Positions 1 to 12,526 of a stretch of DNA of 64,000 nucleotides are shown piece after piece. A model generated the notes under the pieces. The model saw only the letters and a program-made list of their open reading frames with translations, did not search any database and had not been told where the DNA came from. The DNA lies in NCBI GenBank assembly GCA_963714775.1, contig CAVQQN010000030.1, positions 50,553 through 114,552 on the forward strand, given 5' to 3'. The stretch's first letter is position 1; each line of letters opens with the position of its first letter. The stretch comes from an uncultured Ignavibacteriaceae bacterium (lineage in GTDB: Bacteria; Bacteroidota; Ignavibacteria; Ignavibacteriales; Ignavibacteriaceae). The position numbers were made by a program, and so were the translations under genes.

Positions 1-417
1 GTTAAGAATCCAATCCATTGTTCTAAACGGACAATCAATCGGAGTCATAAATGTTCGCCCCTGCAAACTAACTACGGCAACTTTCCCCTTTTTTGTATCA
101 GCAATGTGATAACCGTTTCCGTGCGTACCTTTTGGATAGTTGATTGGACGAAGTGAACGTGGTTCTGCTTTTAGATAATCCTGGGATTGATGTTTATCCC
201 ACGTATGATTGCCACCTGTAATAACATTTACTCCAATGTTAAAAAGTTTTGGTCCTTCTTTATCCGTGCAGCCTTTGCCGTCAGAAAGATTTTCGCCGTT
301 AACAACTACAAAATCAGCTTTGTATTTTTGGATTAGACCCGGTAGCCAGGTTTGCACTATATCCATTCCGGGTTGACCGATAATATCACCAACAAAAAGT
401 AAATTAATTGAAGCCAT
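1..417 (-). CDS. YmdB-like metallophosphoesterase (TIGR00282-type), N-terminal part; runs off the window edge
   Basis: Absent from the ORF track because it is open at the edge. Minus-strand translation from the ATG at 417-415 gives MASINLLFVGDIIGQPGMDIV...ADFVVVNGENLSDGKGC...ITGGNHTWDK. The GDxxG / GEN / GNH metallophosphatase motifs occur in YmdB order. Confidence 0.75.
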   Translation of the reverse strand, partial: MASINLLFVGDIIGQPGMDIVQTWLPGLIQKYKADFVVVNGENLSDGKGCTDKEGPKLFNIGVNVITGGNHTWDKHQSQDYLKAEPRSLRPINYPKGTHGNGYHIADTKKGKVAVVSLQGRTFMTPIDCPFRTMDWILN

Positions 418-523
418 ACTTTCCTAAATCTTTATGAGAAATATACTAAATTGAGAGTAATTGAGAAATTAAATAGTAAACAGAATACTTTGAATGATTT
501 GATTTTATAAGTTAGATTTAAAT

Positions 524-2251
524 ATGCAATACAATAATATTTCAGATATACCGTTAGAGAAAGCAGCTTTTAGTGTTGTGGATGTTGAAACCACTGGTTT
601 ATCAGCATCAAGAAACCGTATAATTGAAATTGCGATAGTTAAAATTGAGAATTTAAAGATAACCGATAAACTTAGTTATCTTATTAATCCTCAAACTTAT
701 ATTCCTCCTTTTATAACCTCACTTACTGGAATAAGTAATGATGATGTGATTGGAGCACCAATTTTTTCTGAAATTGTTGATGAAATAATCTCATTTACGG
801 ATAATTCGATTCTAACTGCCCATAACTTCACATTTGATGCATCTTTTCTGAATTCTGAGTTTATGATGAGCGGACGCGAGTTTGTTAATGAGCATTCTTG
901 TTGTACTCTGAAACTTGCAAGAAAAATATATCCAACATTAAAAAGTAAATCTCTTTCTTCAGTTGCTCAATCATTAAACCTAAACAATTCAAATGCTCAC
1001 CGTGCTTTGGGTGATGCTGAAATTACAGCTAAAGTTCTACTTAAAATTATCAAAGAATTGCAGAAGCAAGATAACATTAATAATGTCGGTGATTTGCTTT
1101 CTTATCAAAAAGGGATTGCTGAATCACCTATTTTGAATATTAAAAAAGAGTTGCAGGAAGATTTTAGAGCTTTACCAAACGCACCAGGCATTTATTATTT
1201 TACAAATAGAAAAGATGATATTATATATGTTGGGAAAGCAAAGTCAATTAGAGATAGAGTTAAAACTTACTTTTCTCCCTCTGCGCCACAAAAAGCCCGA
1301 AAGATAGTTAAACAGGCTGCTAGGTTAAAACATATTATCACAAACAGTGAGCTAACAGCTCTTCTTACTGAAGCCGAGACAATAAAACTTTTAACTCCAA
1401 AACATAATTCACAATTAAAAAAATTTGGTAATAAATATTTTATACGAATTACCCGCACCCACCGGGCTCCAAGAATTGAGCTGACAAACCATTTTGATTT
1501 TGACGGTAACGACTATTTCGGATTATTTATATCCAGAAAAAAAGCAACTGAAATTCTTGAATTTGTTAATAAAGCTTTCGCGGTTAGAGAATGCAACGAT
1601 AAAGAATTTAATAAAGGCAGAACTTGTTTTCTTTATGATATTCATCGTTGCACAGGACCTTGCATAAATGGAGAGTCGAATAAAAGAGAACATTTTGATG
1701 AGCTGGGAAAAGTTTACGATTTTCTGTATGGGCGAAATCAGTATGCGCTGGATAGATTGTTAAATAAAATGAAAGTTTTTTCAGCTAATCAAAAATACGA
1801 GCAGGCGGCTGAGATAAAAGAATTGGTTGATTTTATTCTGGATCAAACTCACAAATCTTCAATTTTAGCTGAACCTGTTAACCGCGCAAACGTTTTATTC
1901 GAAATAATATCACGCTTTGAAAATGATTATGTACTGATGCTCGAAGGAAAATTTTATATCAAAAAATATCTTCACGATCATAAAGATACTTTTGAACAAG
2001 CTCTAATTGATTACTACAATGGCAGTATTCAGTCTGATTCAAATCCCAATGAAGAAGACCTTGAAAAAATGAAAATTACTGTGAACTGGCTAGTAAAGAA
2101 TAGAAATCGGGTTAGGGTTTTTTATTTGAAAGACTATTCATCAAAAGCTGAACTTTTTGAAAATTTATCGAGGTCTTCTGATAAAATTTATTCTGAATCC
2201 GAAAAAGTTATACAGGTAAGAGATGATCCAAAATACGATTATGAATTTTAA
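524..2251 (+). CDS. DnaQ-type 3'-5' exonuclease fused to a GIY-YIG (UvrC-N/Cho-like) nuclease domain
   Basis: N-terminal DEDDh motifs are present: FSVVDVETTGL, LTAHNFTFDASFL, HRALGDAEITAKV. They are followed by GIYYFTNRKDDIIYVGKAKSIRDRVKTYF, a GIY-YIG motif. The ORF is an intact 575 aa. Confidence 0.8.
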   Translation: MQYNNISDIPLEKAAFSVVDVETTGLSASRNRIIEIAIVKIENLKITDKLSYLINPQTYIPPFITSLTGISNDDVIGAPIFSEIVDEIISFTDNSILTAHNFTFDASFLNSEFMMSGREFVNEHSCCTLKLARKIYPTLKSKSLSSVAQSLNLNNSNAHRALGDAEITAKVLLKIIKELQKQDNINNVGDLLSYQKGIAESPILNIKKELQEDFRALPNAPGIYYFTNRKDDIIYVGKAKSIRDRVKTYFSPSAPQKARKIVKQAARLKHIITNSELTALLTEAETIKLLTPKHNSQLKKFGNKYFIRITRTHRAPRIELTNHFDFDGNDYFGLFISRKKATEILEFVNKAFAVRECNDKEFNKGRTCFLYDIHRCTGPCINGESNKREHFDELGKVYDFLYGRNQYALDRLLNKMKVFSANQKYEQAAEIKELVDFILDQTHKSSILAEPVNRANVLFEIISRFENDYVLMLEGKFYIKKYLHDHKDTFEQALIDYYNGSIQSDSNPNEEDLEKMKITVNWLVKNRNRVRVFYLKDYSSKAELFENLSRSSDKIYSESEKVIQVRDDPKYDYEF

Positions 2252-2254
2252 TAA

Positions 2255-3046
2255 ATGAAAAAAACTGAGAATGAACTTGAGATAATTCTTAACGATAAAG
2301 TTCACGGTTCATCTGAACTTATGAATATGATCTGCAGCCATTTTTTAAAATATAAAAATGATGCTGAGCATCTTAATAAATCGCTGCACAGAATAAAGCT
2401 GCATTTATCTCACTTCCCTGTTATCATAAATTTTATTAAAGACATTGAGAATATTTTAAATGGCGGGAAGCAGAATTCCTTAACAGATTACATTATTAAG
2501 TTTATAAAGAAGAACGATGAGAATTATAAAATGATATTCAGAAAAGCATTTAATGTTTTATCAAAGTATAAAACTGTTCTAACTATTTCGCATAGCAAAA
2601 CTTTAATTAAAATATTTGAGCTATGGAAAAAATCCTGCTCTGATCTTAAAGTAATAATTTGCGAATCGCGCCCTGATTACGAGGGTATTTTAATGGCGGA
2701 TGAAATATCGAAGCTCAAAATTAAAACGGAAGTAATACCCGAAAGTATGTCCGGCAAATTAATTAAAGAAGTTGATGCAGTAATTTTAGGAGCAGATCAG
2801 ATTTTAAGCAACGGCAACATTATAAATAAAACCGGAAGCAGAATGCTCTCAGTACTGGCAAAATATCACAAAATCCCTGTATATGTTTTAGCTTCATCGG
2901 ACAAAATAGTTAATAAAAAGATTGTCAATCATGAAAAGCTTAAGCAAGACCAGGATACCACGATTAAAAATAAAAGCGTAAAATTTAGAAATGAAAACTT
3001 TGAAGAAATTGAAAAAGAATTGATATCAAAAATTTTTACTGCCTAA
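2255..3046 (+). CDS. eIF-2B alpha/beta/delta-like family protein (sugar-phosphate isomerase family); short form
   Basis: C-terminal Rossmann-like core ESRPDYEGILMADEISKLKIKTEVIPES...VDAVILGADQILSNGNIINKTGSRMLSVLAKYHKIPVYVLASSDK is typical of the IF-2B family. It starts 4 nt after the previous stop. Confidence 0.6.
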   Translation: MKKTENELEIILNDKVHGSSELMNMICSHFLKYKNDAEHLNKSLHRIKLHLSHFPVIINFIKDIENILNGGKQNSLTDYIIKFIKKNDENYKMIFRKAFNVLSKYKTVLTISHSKTLIKIFELWKKSCSDLKVIICESRPDYEGILMADEISKLKIKTEVIPESMSGKLIKEVDAVILGADQILSNGNIINKTGSRMLSVLAKYHKIPVYVLASSDKIVNKKIVNHEKLKQDQDTTIKNKSVKFRNENFEEIEKELISKIFTA

Positions 3047-4395
3047 ATACGAATGAGATGTTTACTCTTGTAATTGAATCTTAATGTAAGCATCAATGCT
3101 GATGCCGTAAGTCCAATCAGCAATCCTATCCAAACTCCATCAACTCCAAGTTTAAAGTTAAATGCAAGTAAATATGCAATGGGCAGACTGATAACCCAGT
3201 AAGCCACAAAAGTAATTAGTGTTGGACCTTTTACATCGGTTAAACCACGCAGCACTCCGATTCCAACAGCTTGCGTTCCATCGGATAGTTGAAACAATGC
3301 CGCAATAATGATCAATCGGGATGCTATTGAAATTACGGCTTCATCTTCGATATATAATGTGGGTAGCAAATTGTTTAGTAGGATAAACGTCAATCCCGCT
3401 AGTGACATTATTGCGGCACCAATAATTATTCCGGTAAATCCCGCTTTACGGACATTTGCAATGTTTTGCTCACCCATTGCATGACCAACACGAATACTTG
3501 CTGCTTGAGATATTCCCAGTACAGCCATAAATGAGATAGAAGCCAGATTTATAGCTATCTGATGAGCAGCGAGTTCATTTGCTCCTATCCAGCCAATCAT
3601 AATAACGGCAAATGAAAATGCTCCAACTTCAAAGAAATACTGAAAACCGCTCGGTAATCCAAGGCTGAGCAATTTCTTTATAACCGGAAAATTAAATCCA
3701 CGAAAATGAAAAGTCACATCATATTGTTTGAACTTTTCATTTCGCATAACATATATCATAATTACTACAACCATAAAAACACGAGATGAAAATGTTGCCC
3801 AAGCTGCCCCTGCTATACCAAATTCCGGAAATCCAAGCTTTCCAAAAATCAAAACCCAATTGGCAAATGCATTAATAATGTTTGCCAATATTGAAATTAT
3901 CATTGCAGGTTTCATGACAGATAGACCTTCAATAAACTGTTTGAAAGTCTGGAAAATCATTAATGGAAATGCAGACAATCCGACAATACTCATATAAATA
4001 ATAGCCAATTCAATAACTTCAGGAGGCTGATTAAGATAATGAATAAAATTTACTCCAATTAAAATCACCCCAATCATCAGAATTGATAAAACAATATTAA
4101 CCAGCAAGGACTGCCTGAAATAAATGCCGCATTCAGAATATCTTTTTCCGCCTACAAGAATTGCTACTATAGGGCTGACAACAATTGAACTACCAATACC
4201 AATTATAAGAATTAAAAAAATTAAACTGTTGCCAAGAGAAGCTGCTGCTAACGGCACTGAACCAAGCCGCCCAACCATAACACTATCAACAACTCCCATC
4301 ATAATAATGCCGAGCTGACCTATTATGACAGGATATGCCAGCTTTAGAGTCTTGGATACTTCTTCTTTAATATTTTGTAGATCAATTGACTTCAT
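3043..4395 (-). CDS. MATE family efflux transporter (NorM-like)
   Basis: The 450-aa ORF is predicted to have 12 TM segments. Its N-terminus LAYPVIIGQLGIIMMGVVDSVMVGRLGSVPLAAASLGNS is typical of MATE proteins. Confidence 0.85.
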   Translation of the reverse strand: MKSIDLQNIKEEVSKTLKLAYPVIIGQLGIIMMGVVDSVMVGRLGSVPLAAASLGNSLIFLILIIGIGSSIVVSPIVAILVGGKRYSECGIYFRQSLLVNIVLSILMIGVILIGVNFIHYLNQPPEVIELAIIYMSIVGLSAFPLMIFQTFKQFIEGLSVMKPAMIISILANIINAFANWVLIFGKLGFPEFGIAGAAWATFSSRVFMVVVIMIYVMRNEKFKQYDVTFHFRGFNFPVIKKLLSLGLPSGFQYFFEVGAFSFAVIMIGWIGANELAAHQIAINLASISFMAVLGISQAASIRVGHAMGEQNIANVRKAGFTGIIIGAAIMSLAGLTFILLNNLLPTLYIEDEAVISIASRLIIIAALFQLSDGTQAVGIGVLRGLTDVKGPTLITFVAYWVISLPIAYLLAFNFKLGVDGVWIGLLIGLTASALMLTLRFNYKSKHLIRI

Positions 4396-4578
4396 GAATG
4401 TTAATAATTTTGAATTACAAGATAGGTTTCACTTTGTAATTAAGAAAGAATTGATACAAAAAAAATGATTACTTGATTGGATTAGATTTACAATGGGAAT
4501 ATTGGGAAACAATAAGTATCAATTATAAATGATATAGCTACTTATCAAAAAATTACCTATTCTAAATGTTAGTACTGA

Positions 4579-5686
4579 TTATTTAGATCTTTGAAAAATA
4601 TTTTGGCTTGAATTCTTATCAAAGAAATAAACACAAGTTGGGTCAATGTATAATTTAATTTTTTCGCCTGATTTCAATTCCTTTGATGGATTTACCCGCC
4701 CAATAAATTGAACTTTTTCTATTTCAAAATAAATGAATGTTTCATTGCCCATTGGTTCAACTACATCAGTTAAAGCCTCAATTTCGATTGCGTTATTATT
4801 ATTTCTTTCTAATCTAATATCTTCGGGTCTTATTCCTAGTATGATTTCTTTATTTGAATGGTCTTTTAATCGATCTATGTGTTCGGCAGATAAATTAAAA
4901 CTTAATTTTCCGTTTATACTACTAAGTTTATTAACATCATTTACACTCACATCAATAAAATTCATAGCAGGACTTCCAATAAATCCGGCAACAAATTGAT
5001 TAATAGGTTTATTATATAGATTCAGTGGAGTATCAACCTGATTTATTATACCATCTTTCATAATCAACTATTCTATCACCCATCGTCATCGCTTCAGTTT
5101 GATCGTGCGTAACATATATCATTGTTGCCTCGAGCTGTCTGATGAAGTTTTGAAATTTCTGTCCGCATCTGCACCCTTAATTTAGCATCAAGATTACTTA
5201 GAGGTTCATCAAATAAAAATACTTTCGGTTTACGCACGATTGCTCTGCCAACAGCGACTCTTTGCCTTTGTCCTCCGGATAATGCTTTAGGTTTTCGATC
5301 GAGTAATTTTTCCAAATCTAAAATTTTTGCAGCTTCATTCACCCTTTTCTTGATTTCTTCTTTACTGAACTTTCTTTAATTTTAGTCCAAACGCCATATT
5401 TTCATAAACAGTCATATGGGGATACAAGTGCATAGTTTTGAAATACCATTGCAATGTCGCGATCTTTGGGAGGAATATTATTGACAAGTTTATCATCGAT
5501 ATAAATTTGACCTTCAGTTATCTCTTCCAGTCCCGCGATCATTCTTAAGTGTAGTTGATTTACCACACCCGGATGGACCAACCAGTACAACAAATTCTTT
5601 ATCTTAATTGTAAGATTAACATCACTTACAACTTTTAATTTGTTATCATAGACTTTGGATACGTTTCTTAATTCAACAACTGCCAT
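4579..5686 (-). pseudogene. Sugar ABC transporter ATP-binding protein (MalK/UgpC/MsmX type), reading frame broken at least 3 times
   Basis: The gene is in three pieces: 5402-5686 (N-terminus), 5094-5342 ([32 protein letters not shown], signature plus Walker B) and 4579-5067 (MalK-type C-terminal regulatory domain). Walker A (GPSGCGKST) is readable only after correcting 1-nt indels near 5547 and 5605. Confidence 0.8.
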
Positions 5687-5699
5687 AATGAACCTTCTT

Positions 5700-8262
5700 T
5701 AATATTTATTTGAATTTTATTGAATAATGATTTCTCTTTAGATCTAGAAATATGCTTTAGATTCAATTCAAATATATTATTTCTCTTTAATTCGGTAATC
5801 CCGTTATTAATATAATTTCCATTTATGGAGAATACTTTGATTTGCAAATGGAGATAATAATTTTAAATTCAATTAAATGATCCTTTAAAAGATTCAAGAT
5901 CAAATTCAAGTGTTTTTGTTTTAAAATTGTACATTGGGGAAATTACTAATGCATTAGCTGAATTAATATAAGGTATTTCCGATATCACCTAACCTTAAGT
6001 CAATTTCTGCTTAAACTTTTTATGTCATCCGGTACAATAGCAGATGGAATTTCTTTTCCATCATAAATATATTGAGGATAATGCACTACCCTTCCCCGTA
6101 ATATCAACATTTACGAGAACTCCCTTGATTGTAACCGTTAATTGTACAGAATCCATTTCTTCCGGGAGAAAAGGACTAAAAGAAATATTCCATTCATTTT
6201 CTCTTGAGCCCAAATAAATTATACAAAGTATAAAAGTACCATCCACCGGCCCATAAGAATTGTGGTTTATCAATCTTTCCATAAAGAGCTGGATTATTTT
6301 TATCACTTATCCTGTACTCATACAAAGCTGGTTGACCATTTGGACTATTCATAATTCCATTCAAAGTCATTGTTGTTTTAATAAATTTAAATGCCTCATC
6401 ATTTAATCCATTACTGATTAATGAAAGGGCGTACCAGGAATTTCCGTGCGGCCAGATACCACCATTAGCATAATGATAAGGTTCGCCTGCTTCATTTCCG
6501 GCAAACTTCATATAATCAATCAGCAGATGCAGATCCATTGGATATAAAGTGTAGATGCCCAGTTTTTCATCTAATAATTTTTCTTTTGCTGTTAGTAATC
6601 AACTTTATATTTTTATCAGTATCCAGCAAATTAAAATGTGAGGCCAGCAGGGAACCCATATAAATATGCTCATCTTCTGTTCCATCTTCAAAATAACTTA
6701 TCAGGTAATTAAGTTTATTATCCCAAAGAGTATCGACTAATTTTCTATTCATTCGATTAGCAAGATCATCATTCAACTTTATTCCATTTAAATCTTTTTG
6801 AAGTAAAGTTGAGATGTAGTTAAACTCTCTTAACGCGCGTATTGCAAGGATTGTCATATAAGCCCGCGGTCCAAAATTATTTCCAATGTCCCACCAGTCG
6901 GGTCTGAACGACCACATTAAATCGTCTGCACCTTTATTCTTCATGGCTGTGTTAATGCTCTTCTGGATATAAGGATAAAGCTGATTTAAAAACTTAATAT
7001 CACCTGAGTGCCGGAGATAACGTGCACACACAAGAGTAAACCAAAAATGATTCCAGTTTTCTGTCCCGGCAAATTCAGTTTTATATGCGGTGTCTTTCCA
7101 GTAGTATGCATGTGGAATTGTTTTATCAGTATCGGCTAAACTGATAATGAATTTAAAATCATTTTTGACTCTATTCAGATCAAAATTCACTGCAGCTAAA
7201 TCAGTAAGCAAAGCATCGTGTGTAAAATAAAAATTGTACTCTGCTTGAGCAGGCATTGGAACAATTTGTCCATTTAGATAATGTGCATTTGTTGTTAGTA
7301 CTGCTTTCGACCATCGTGAAGTAAAATCAATATCATAATTACCAGTAAAGATTTCATTTTTCACTTAATGATTCTTTTAAAATGAAATTTTCATATTCAT
7401 CAACTTCTTTTTGATAATTTTTTAAAAGGTATTCAGTCTTTGCTTTCCCTTCTGAAATCAATGACGATCCAACAATCTGAATAATTTTAAATGAATCCTT
7501 TGGCTCTAATGTTTTTTTATAGATGTAAGCAGCAACTGGTTCACTAAATTTCTCTTTTGGAATTATTTTTCCTGGAAGAGATTCATCAGTGTTCAACCAC
7601 CAATCATCAAGATTTGTAAATTTGTTATTCATTTACTTTTTTAGTTGTAAAACTTGAAGGTTTCAATCCTGCATTCATTATAAATACTTGTGCATTACCT
7701 GTTTCGTAAATGGATAGTTTGTTCTGATTATTGATCCATCATCTTCAAAATCTGTGTATGCACTATCAATAATTTTATAAGTGTGACTTGTTCGAAGCGT
7801 TGTTTCTAATCTTGTATAAACTTCATATTCTTTTTCATGTATCTGATGTATTAGTTATTTCATAAGTAATAACCATTGCTGGTTCATTCTTACAAAACTC
7901 ATATTTGATTTTTATTTCACTGTCAGAATCATTCCCATTAAAGGAAACAGAGTATGGTGTTTGAGAAACTTTATAAATTTGATTCTTCAGAAATCTTTTT
8001 GGTGAATCACCAACCTTTAATCCCAAGAGACATTATTCTAAAGTTTTCACGTTTCCAGTAATCCTCACTAATATCAATACTGTTTGCAACCGGATAATAA
8101 AAACTTATTCGATTTAATAAAGGAAAACTTTTATGAATTTCAATTCCAACATAAGGACTTCCAACTTCTATCTGGCCAACTTCTTTTGTGCTTTCAATTG
8201 TTAATAAATTTTTACCTTGCCCATTAATTCTGAATGTAATTAATATAGATTAGATAATAACG
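5700..8262 (-). pseudogene. (alpha/alpha)6-barrel glycoside hydrolase-like protein (GDE_C/GH15/GH63-type fold), heavily frameshifted
   Basis: Colinear pieces are 7835-8026, 7354-7632, 6567-7364, 6194-6538 and 6061-6306, plus readable beta-sandwich tail fragments down to ~5700. Motifs include ANGGIWPHGNSWYALSL and FLWAGGWYFYTLY. The start position is uncertain. Confidence 0.5.
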
Positions 8263-8308
8263 ATTGACAGAATATTTTAATTTCAGATTAAGTTTCTTTA
8301 TAAACTTT

Positions 8309-11300
8309 TTACATTTCAAGTAACGTCATTTTTTTTGTATCTGAAAAATTATCAGAACTGAATTTTAAAAAATAGATTCCGGAATTGACCACTGATCTCC
8401 AAAATCGTTTTTACCATTCCAGCTTATCGAATAATTACCCGGATATTTTTCTTGATTAACTAGTGTTCTGATTTTTTGACCAAGTATATTATATATCTCA
8501 AGTTTTATAATAGATTGATTTGGAACTTGAAATTCAATATTAGTCTGACTGTTGAATGGGTTGGGATAATTTTGCTTTAATCCAAAACTTTTTGGTAGTT
8601 TATCTCTTGTTCTTCTTTAACATCACTACAAAATCATATAAGAGATTGAATACTGCTGTAGGATAAAGCATAATTGTAGATTCTAATATCATCCAAAACA
8701 CCTTTAAAATTATATTGAGTATTGTCTGGAAGCACTTGTCCGATCATTAAATCAATCGTAGTTGTCTGTATCAATCCAGAGAAAGAAGTAAATGCATCTA
8801 ATTCACCATTAATATAAATTTCATAATCACCTCCATTGTAAAGTACAGTAACATTGTAAAGATTGTTCAGGATCAATCTCAGTTTCTGAATCAAGATCTT
8901 TTGTTCCATCATTAGTTTTGACAGTCCATCTTATATGTTTATTTGTAATTGAAATTTTCCATCGATTCTCCCAATTACCATGAGAAAGAGGATAAGCTTC
9001 CCTATCAAAAAACTCTCCGACCTTTATCCAGAAATTAATTGTAACACTATTCTGAAAATTTAAACTTGAACTGCTCAAAACTCTTATATTATCATTAATT
9101 CCATCAAAAGAATACGCACTTGCTGTATTACCCCATCGGTCTGAAACAAGAGTAGCACCCGAGACTGTTCCATTATTATTAAACCCACTTGCATCATTTG
9201 CATTACCATTAAAAGGATAAAAAGCTACAAGATCCCCTGTTTGCTGAATTGTTGTATCACGGACTGATACACCGATACTATCAATTACCTCTCCTCCACG
9301 ACCATCATTAACTGCACAGATTATGTAGTAGTTGCCTGAGAGGAAGGTGCTGTCCAGGTGATAGTTGCTCCGCTTCCAGATATATGTACCAATAATTGCT
9401 GACCAGTTATAATTTAATGATGTCTCCATCCGGATCTGTTGCGCACAATTAATTTCGGATTCAGAACCAAGATGAATTTTTCTTGGATTAGCATTCATTT
9501 TGTTAATTATCGGATCATTATTTATATATTCAACCGCTTCAATAAACTAATTGAATCAGAAATTGTTCCACCTTGATTATCACTTACATTACATTTAACC
9601 AAATATGTTCCGGGAGATGATGGTGCCAGCCAAGTTAATTGTTGATCCTGTTCCGGAAAATACTTCCACCTGATACCGACCATTCATAAGTTAACGGATC
9701 ATTATCTTTATCAACTGCGGTACAATAAATTTTCGCGGAATCACCTAATGACAACTAGTTTGCTTATCTGATGAAAGTGATTTTATTCTTGGAGGATAAT
9801 TAGTGCAACTGTTTGACCTGACAGATAATCGATTATAACCCCATTAACAGAAGCTTTTTCAAGATCATATAGTGATTGTACTTCCGGTTGGAATAATCAC
9901 TGCTATTACTGCCTGCATCTGCAGGAATTACAATTGATGTTTCACCCGTTACGGCTGAATTTATTAATTGTATTTGATACAGCATCGTAAATATCACTTG
10001 ACTGCATTGCCAACATCTATAGCTACTGATTTTTCAGATGGATAAGGATTGTAATATAGAAAACTTGGAAAAGCGTCTTTATGGAAATAATCTGTCTTAA
10101 GTAAATCTAATTTTAATATCATTGAAATATTTGTTGTATCAATTATTCCTCCAAATATTCCAACGTGTGATGATCCATAAAGTGCAAGATTAGTCATTCC
10201 CCAACCACCACTAATCGCATCACCGGTTGCATAAGGACTCATAGCAAATTGTGTTTGACGAAGTGCTTCGTGTCCGATATATGAATTTGGATCATACTGA
10301 TGTGCCCATTCTTCACAATCCTGATTTTGATCAGGAAGATAGTTTGTATAAAATAATCGTGACGCAGTTAGCAGCATTTAAAACCCATTTACCAATTGCA
10401 CGAGCAAATCGATCATCGTATCGAACCATTGGAACTAATGCACCAACCTGTTCAAATGTATTCATAAGAAAAGCATAATCATTCGAACCATTTACTTCAC
10501 CAATTAATCCATCAACATCATAACCTCCCCACGTTCCAAGTATTGCGCCCCAATCTCTAAGTGGATCCAACATCAAAACACCAATTAATCATTTTATCTA
10601 AATTGTATGTTGTACCGAGTTCAGCATTCATTCTTGCAGCTGCATAAGCACCATAAGGTAATTGAATTCGTAAGAAGGATTTGTAAGTAAGTGAATTAAG
10701 AAATTCCATACACCATTCAGCACCAATTCTGTATTTCTTCATTTCCTGTTTCTAAATATGCATTGTAAAGTATCCAGGCAATTGCACCTGCAGCTTCAGG
10801 TTCAACAACACCGAATGAAATGGCACCATTGTCATAAGATTAAATGCTCTGTAATTCATGTATGGAACTTTGCCAGGGAGTTGTACTGCCTCCCATTACT
10901 TCAACAGCTCCTAGCCATCGATCAGCAATATAATGTAAACTGATTTTGAAAATCACCTGTAGTTGGATACTGATCATACAATTGGTAGAAAAAAACATTT
11001 GGCATTACATCATACCACCAATCATCCCAGTTACTTCCGTTTGGATGATTGAGATAAACATTTGCATTATTTTCTTTATTAAAATATTCTTCACACATTA
11101 AAACCCAATTATATCCATTCTGATTGCTCTTATCGATACCGACCAATGAAGCTCCGATGGTTGCCGGTAAAAGATTTATACTTTCTGACAGAAGATGGTG
11201 AAGTAGTTCCAACTACAGTGTGAAGACCAAAGCTATTATGTTCAGGATAATTAATTGTGTTATTGTTTAACCATATCAGCGGAAGATATTGTCCCTGTAC

Positions 11301-11495
11301 GATTCAAATCAAAAACTAAACTATCATAACCAGCAGCTAACATTTTTCCAGTCTCTCATTTCATAAGGAGTTGGAATATTCGGCATTTGTTCGATGCGAT
11401 TAATATTAATTTGCTGTGCATCAATCTTCACAAATGAGAATAAAAACATTAAAATGATGCTTATTTGAAATTTATATAAACTAATCTTTAATCAT
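8309..11495 (-). pseudogene. Secreted multidomain glycan-active/binding protein: N-terminal toroid-like region, Ig/PKD-like region, LamG (concanavalin-like) domain, T9SS C-terminal sorting domain; frameshifted
   Basis: The signal peptide ..ISIILMFLFSFVKIDAQQ lies near 11450. The LamG domain occupies 8634-9498 (FYPFNGNANDASGFNNNGT...LDDIRIYNYALS). The CTD QNYPNPFNSQTNIEFQVPN...GIYFLKFSS..KKMTLLEM reads on the minus strand at 8309-8590. There are at least 8 frame breaks. Confidence 0.6.
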
Positions 11496-11525
11496 ATTTA
11501 CTCCTTGATTTCGAGATATCACATT

Positions 11526-12498
11526 TTACCACGCATAATACTGTGGTGACGTTCCAGCAGGTGGAAATATTTTATCCAATTTAGACAGCAATTCCTTATC
11601 AAAATTAATTTCTAAAGATCTTGATTAGATTCATCTAATTGTTGAACAGTACGAGGACCAATTATTGGTGCTGTAACACCAGGTTGATTTAATAACCATG
11701 CAAGTGCAGTGTTTGCGGGATCTTCACCTATCTCATCACAAAAGTTTTCCCACTTGTTCTATTTGTCTGATGATTATTTTTCAGTTTATTTATAATTTCA
11801 TCTGTTGCTCTTCGTCCTTTATCTAATTTTTTTAATACTCCGCCAAGTAATCCGCCTTCAAGAGGACTCCAGGGAATTATTCCGACTCCATAATAATTAC
11901 AAGCCGGAATCATTTCACGCTCGATAAAACGATTAAAGAGATTGTATTTACTTTGTTCGCTAATTAATCCAAGAAGATTTCTTCTTCGGGCTTCCTCACA
12001 AGCTGTTGCAATATCCCAACCTGCAAAGTTGCTGCTTCCTACATAAATAATTTTTCCTTCATTAATTAATTGTTCCATCGCCTGCCATATTTCATCCCAG
12101 GGTGTGTCACTATGGACATGATGCATCTGATATAAATCAATATGATCAGTCTTCATTCTTTTCAAACTATCTTCACATGCTTTTTTAATATGATAAGCTG
12201 AAAGATATCTTTCATTAACCCAGTTACCCATCTCACCATAGACTTTTGTTGCTAGAACAATTTTATCTCTTCTTTCTTTATTTTCCTCCAGCCATTTGCC
12301 AATAATTTTTTCAGTTATTCCCGCTCCCATTTTACCACCATAAACATTCGCGGTATCAAAAAAATTTATACCAAGTTCTAATGCACGATTCATTATTTCA
12401 TAACTATCTTTTTCAGGTGTGATGGCTCCAAAATTCATTGTTCCCAGACAAAGTCTGCTAACTAATAATCCGCTTCTTCCTAATTTTGAATATTGCAT
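11526..12498 (-). pseudogene. Aldo/keto reductase, C-terminal part frameshifted
   Basis: The N-terminus MQYSKLGRSGLLVSRLCLGTMNFG matches the AKR family. HIDLYQMHH is also present. The tail ...LDKIFPPAGTSPQYYAW is readable in another frame down to the stop at 11526. Confidence 0.75.
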
Positions 12499-12526
12499 TG
12501 TTATTCCTTTATTCTAAAATCTTTTA

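Noticed and set aside
3728-4318. Plus-strand ORFs 3728-3997 and 4124-4318 inside the MATE gene, and similar antisense ORFs inside other long genes (1267-1458, 33493-33684, 44276-44479, 46746-47084, 51561-51984)
   Set aside because: They are fully nested antisense to strongly supported genes, and their products have no recognisable features. They are treated as shadow ORFs.
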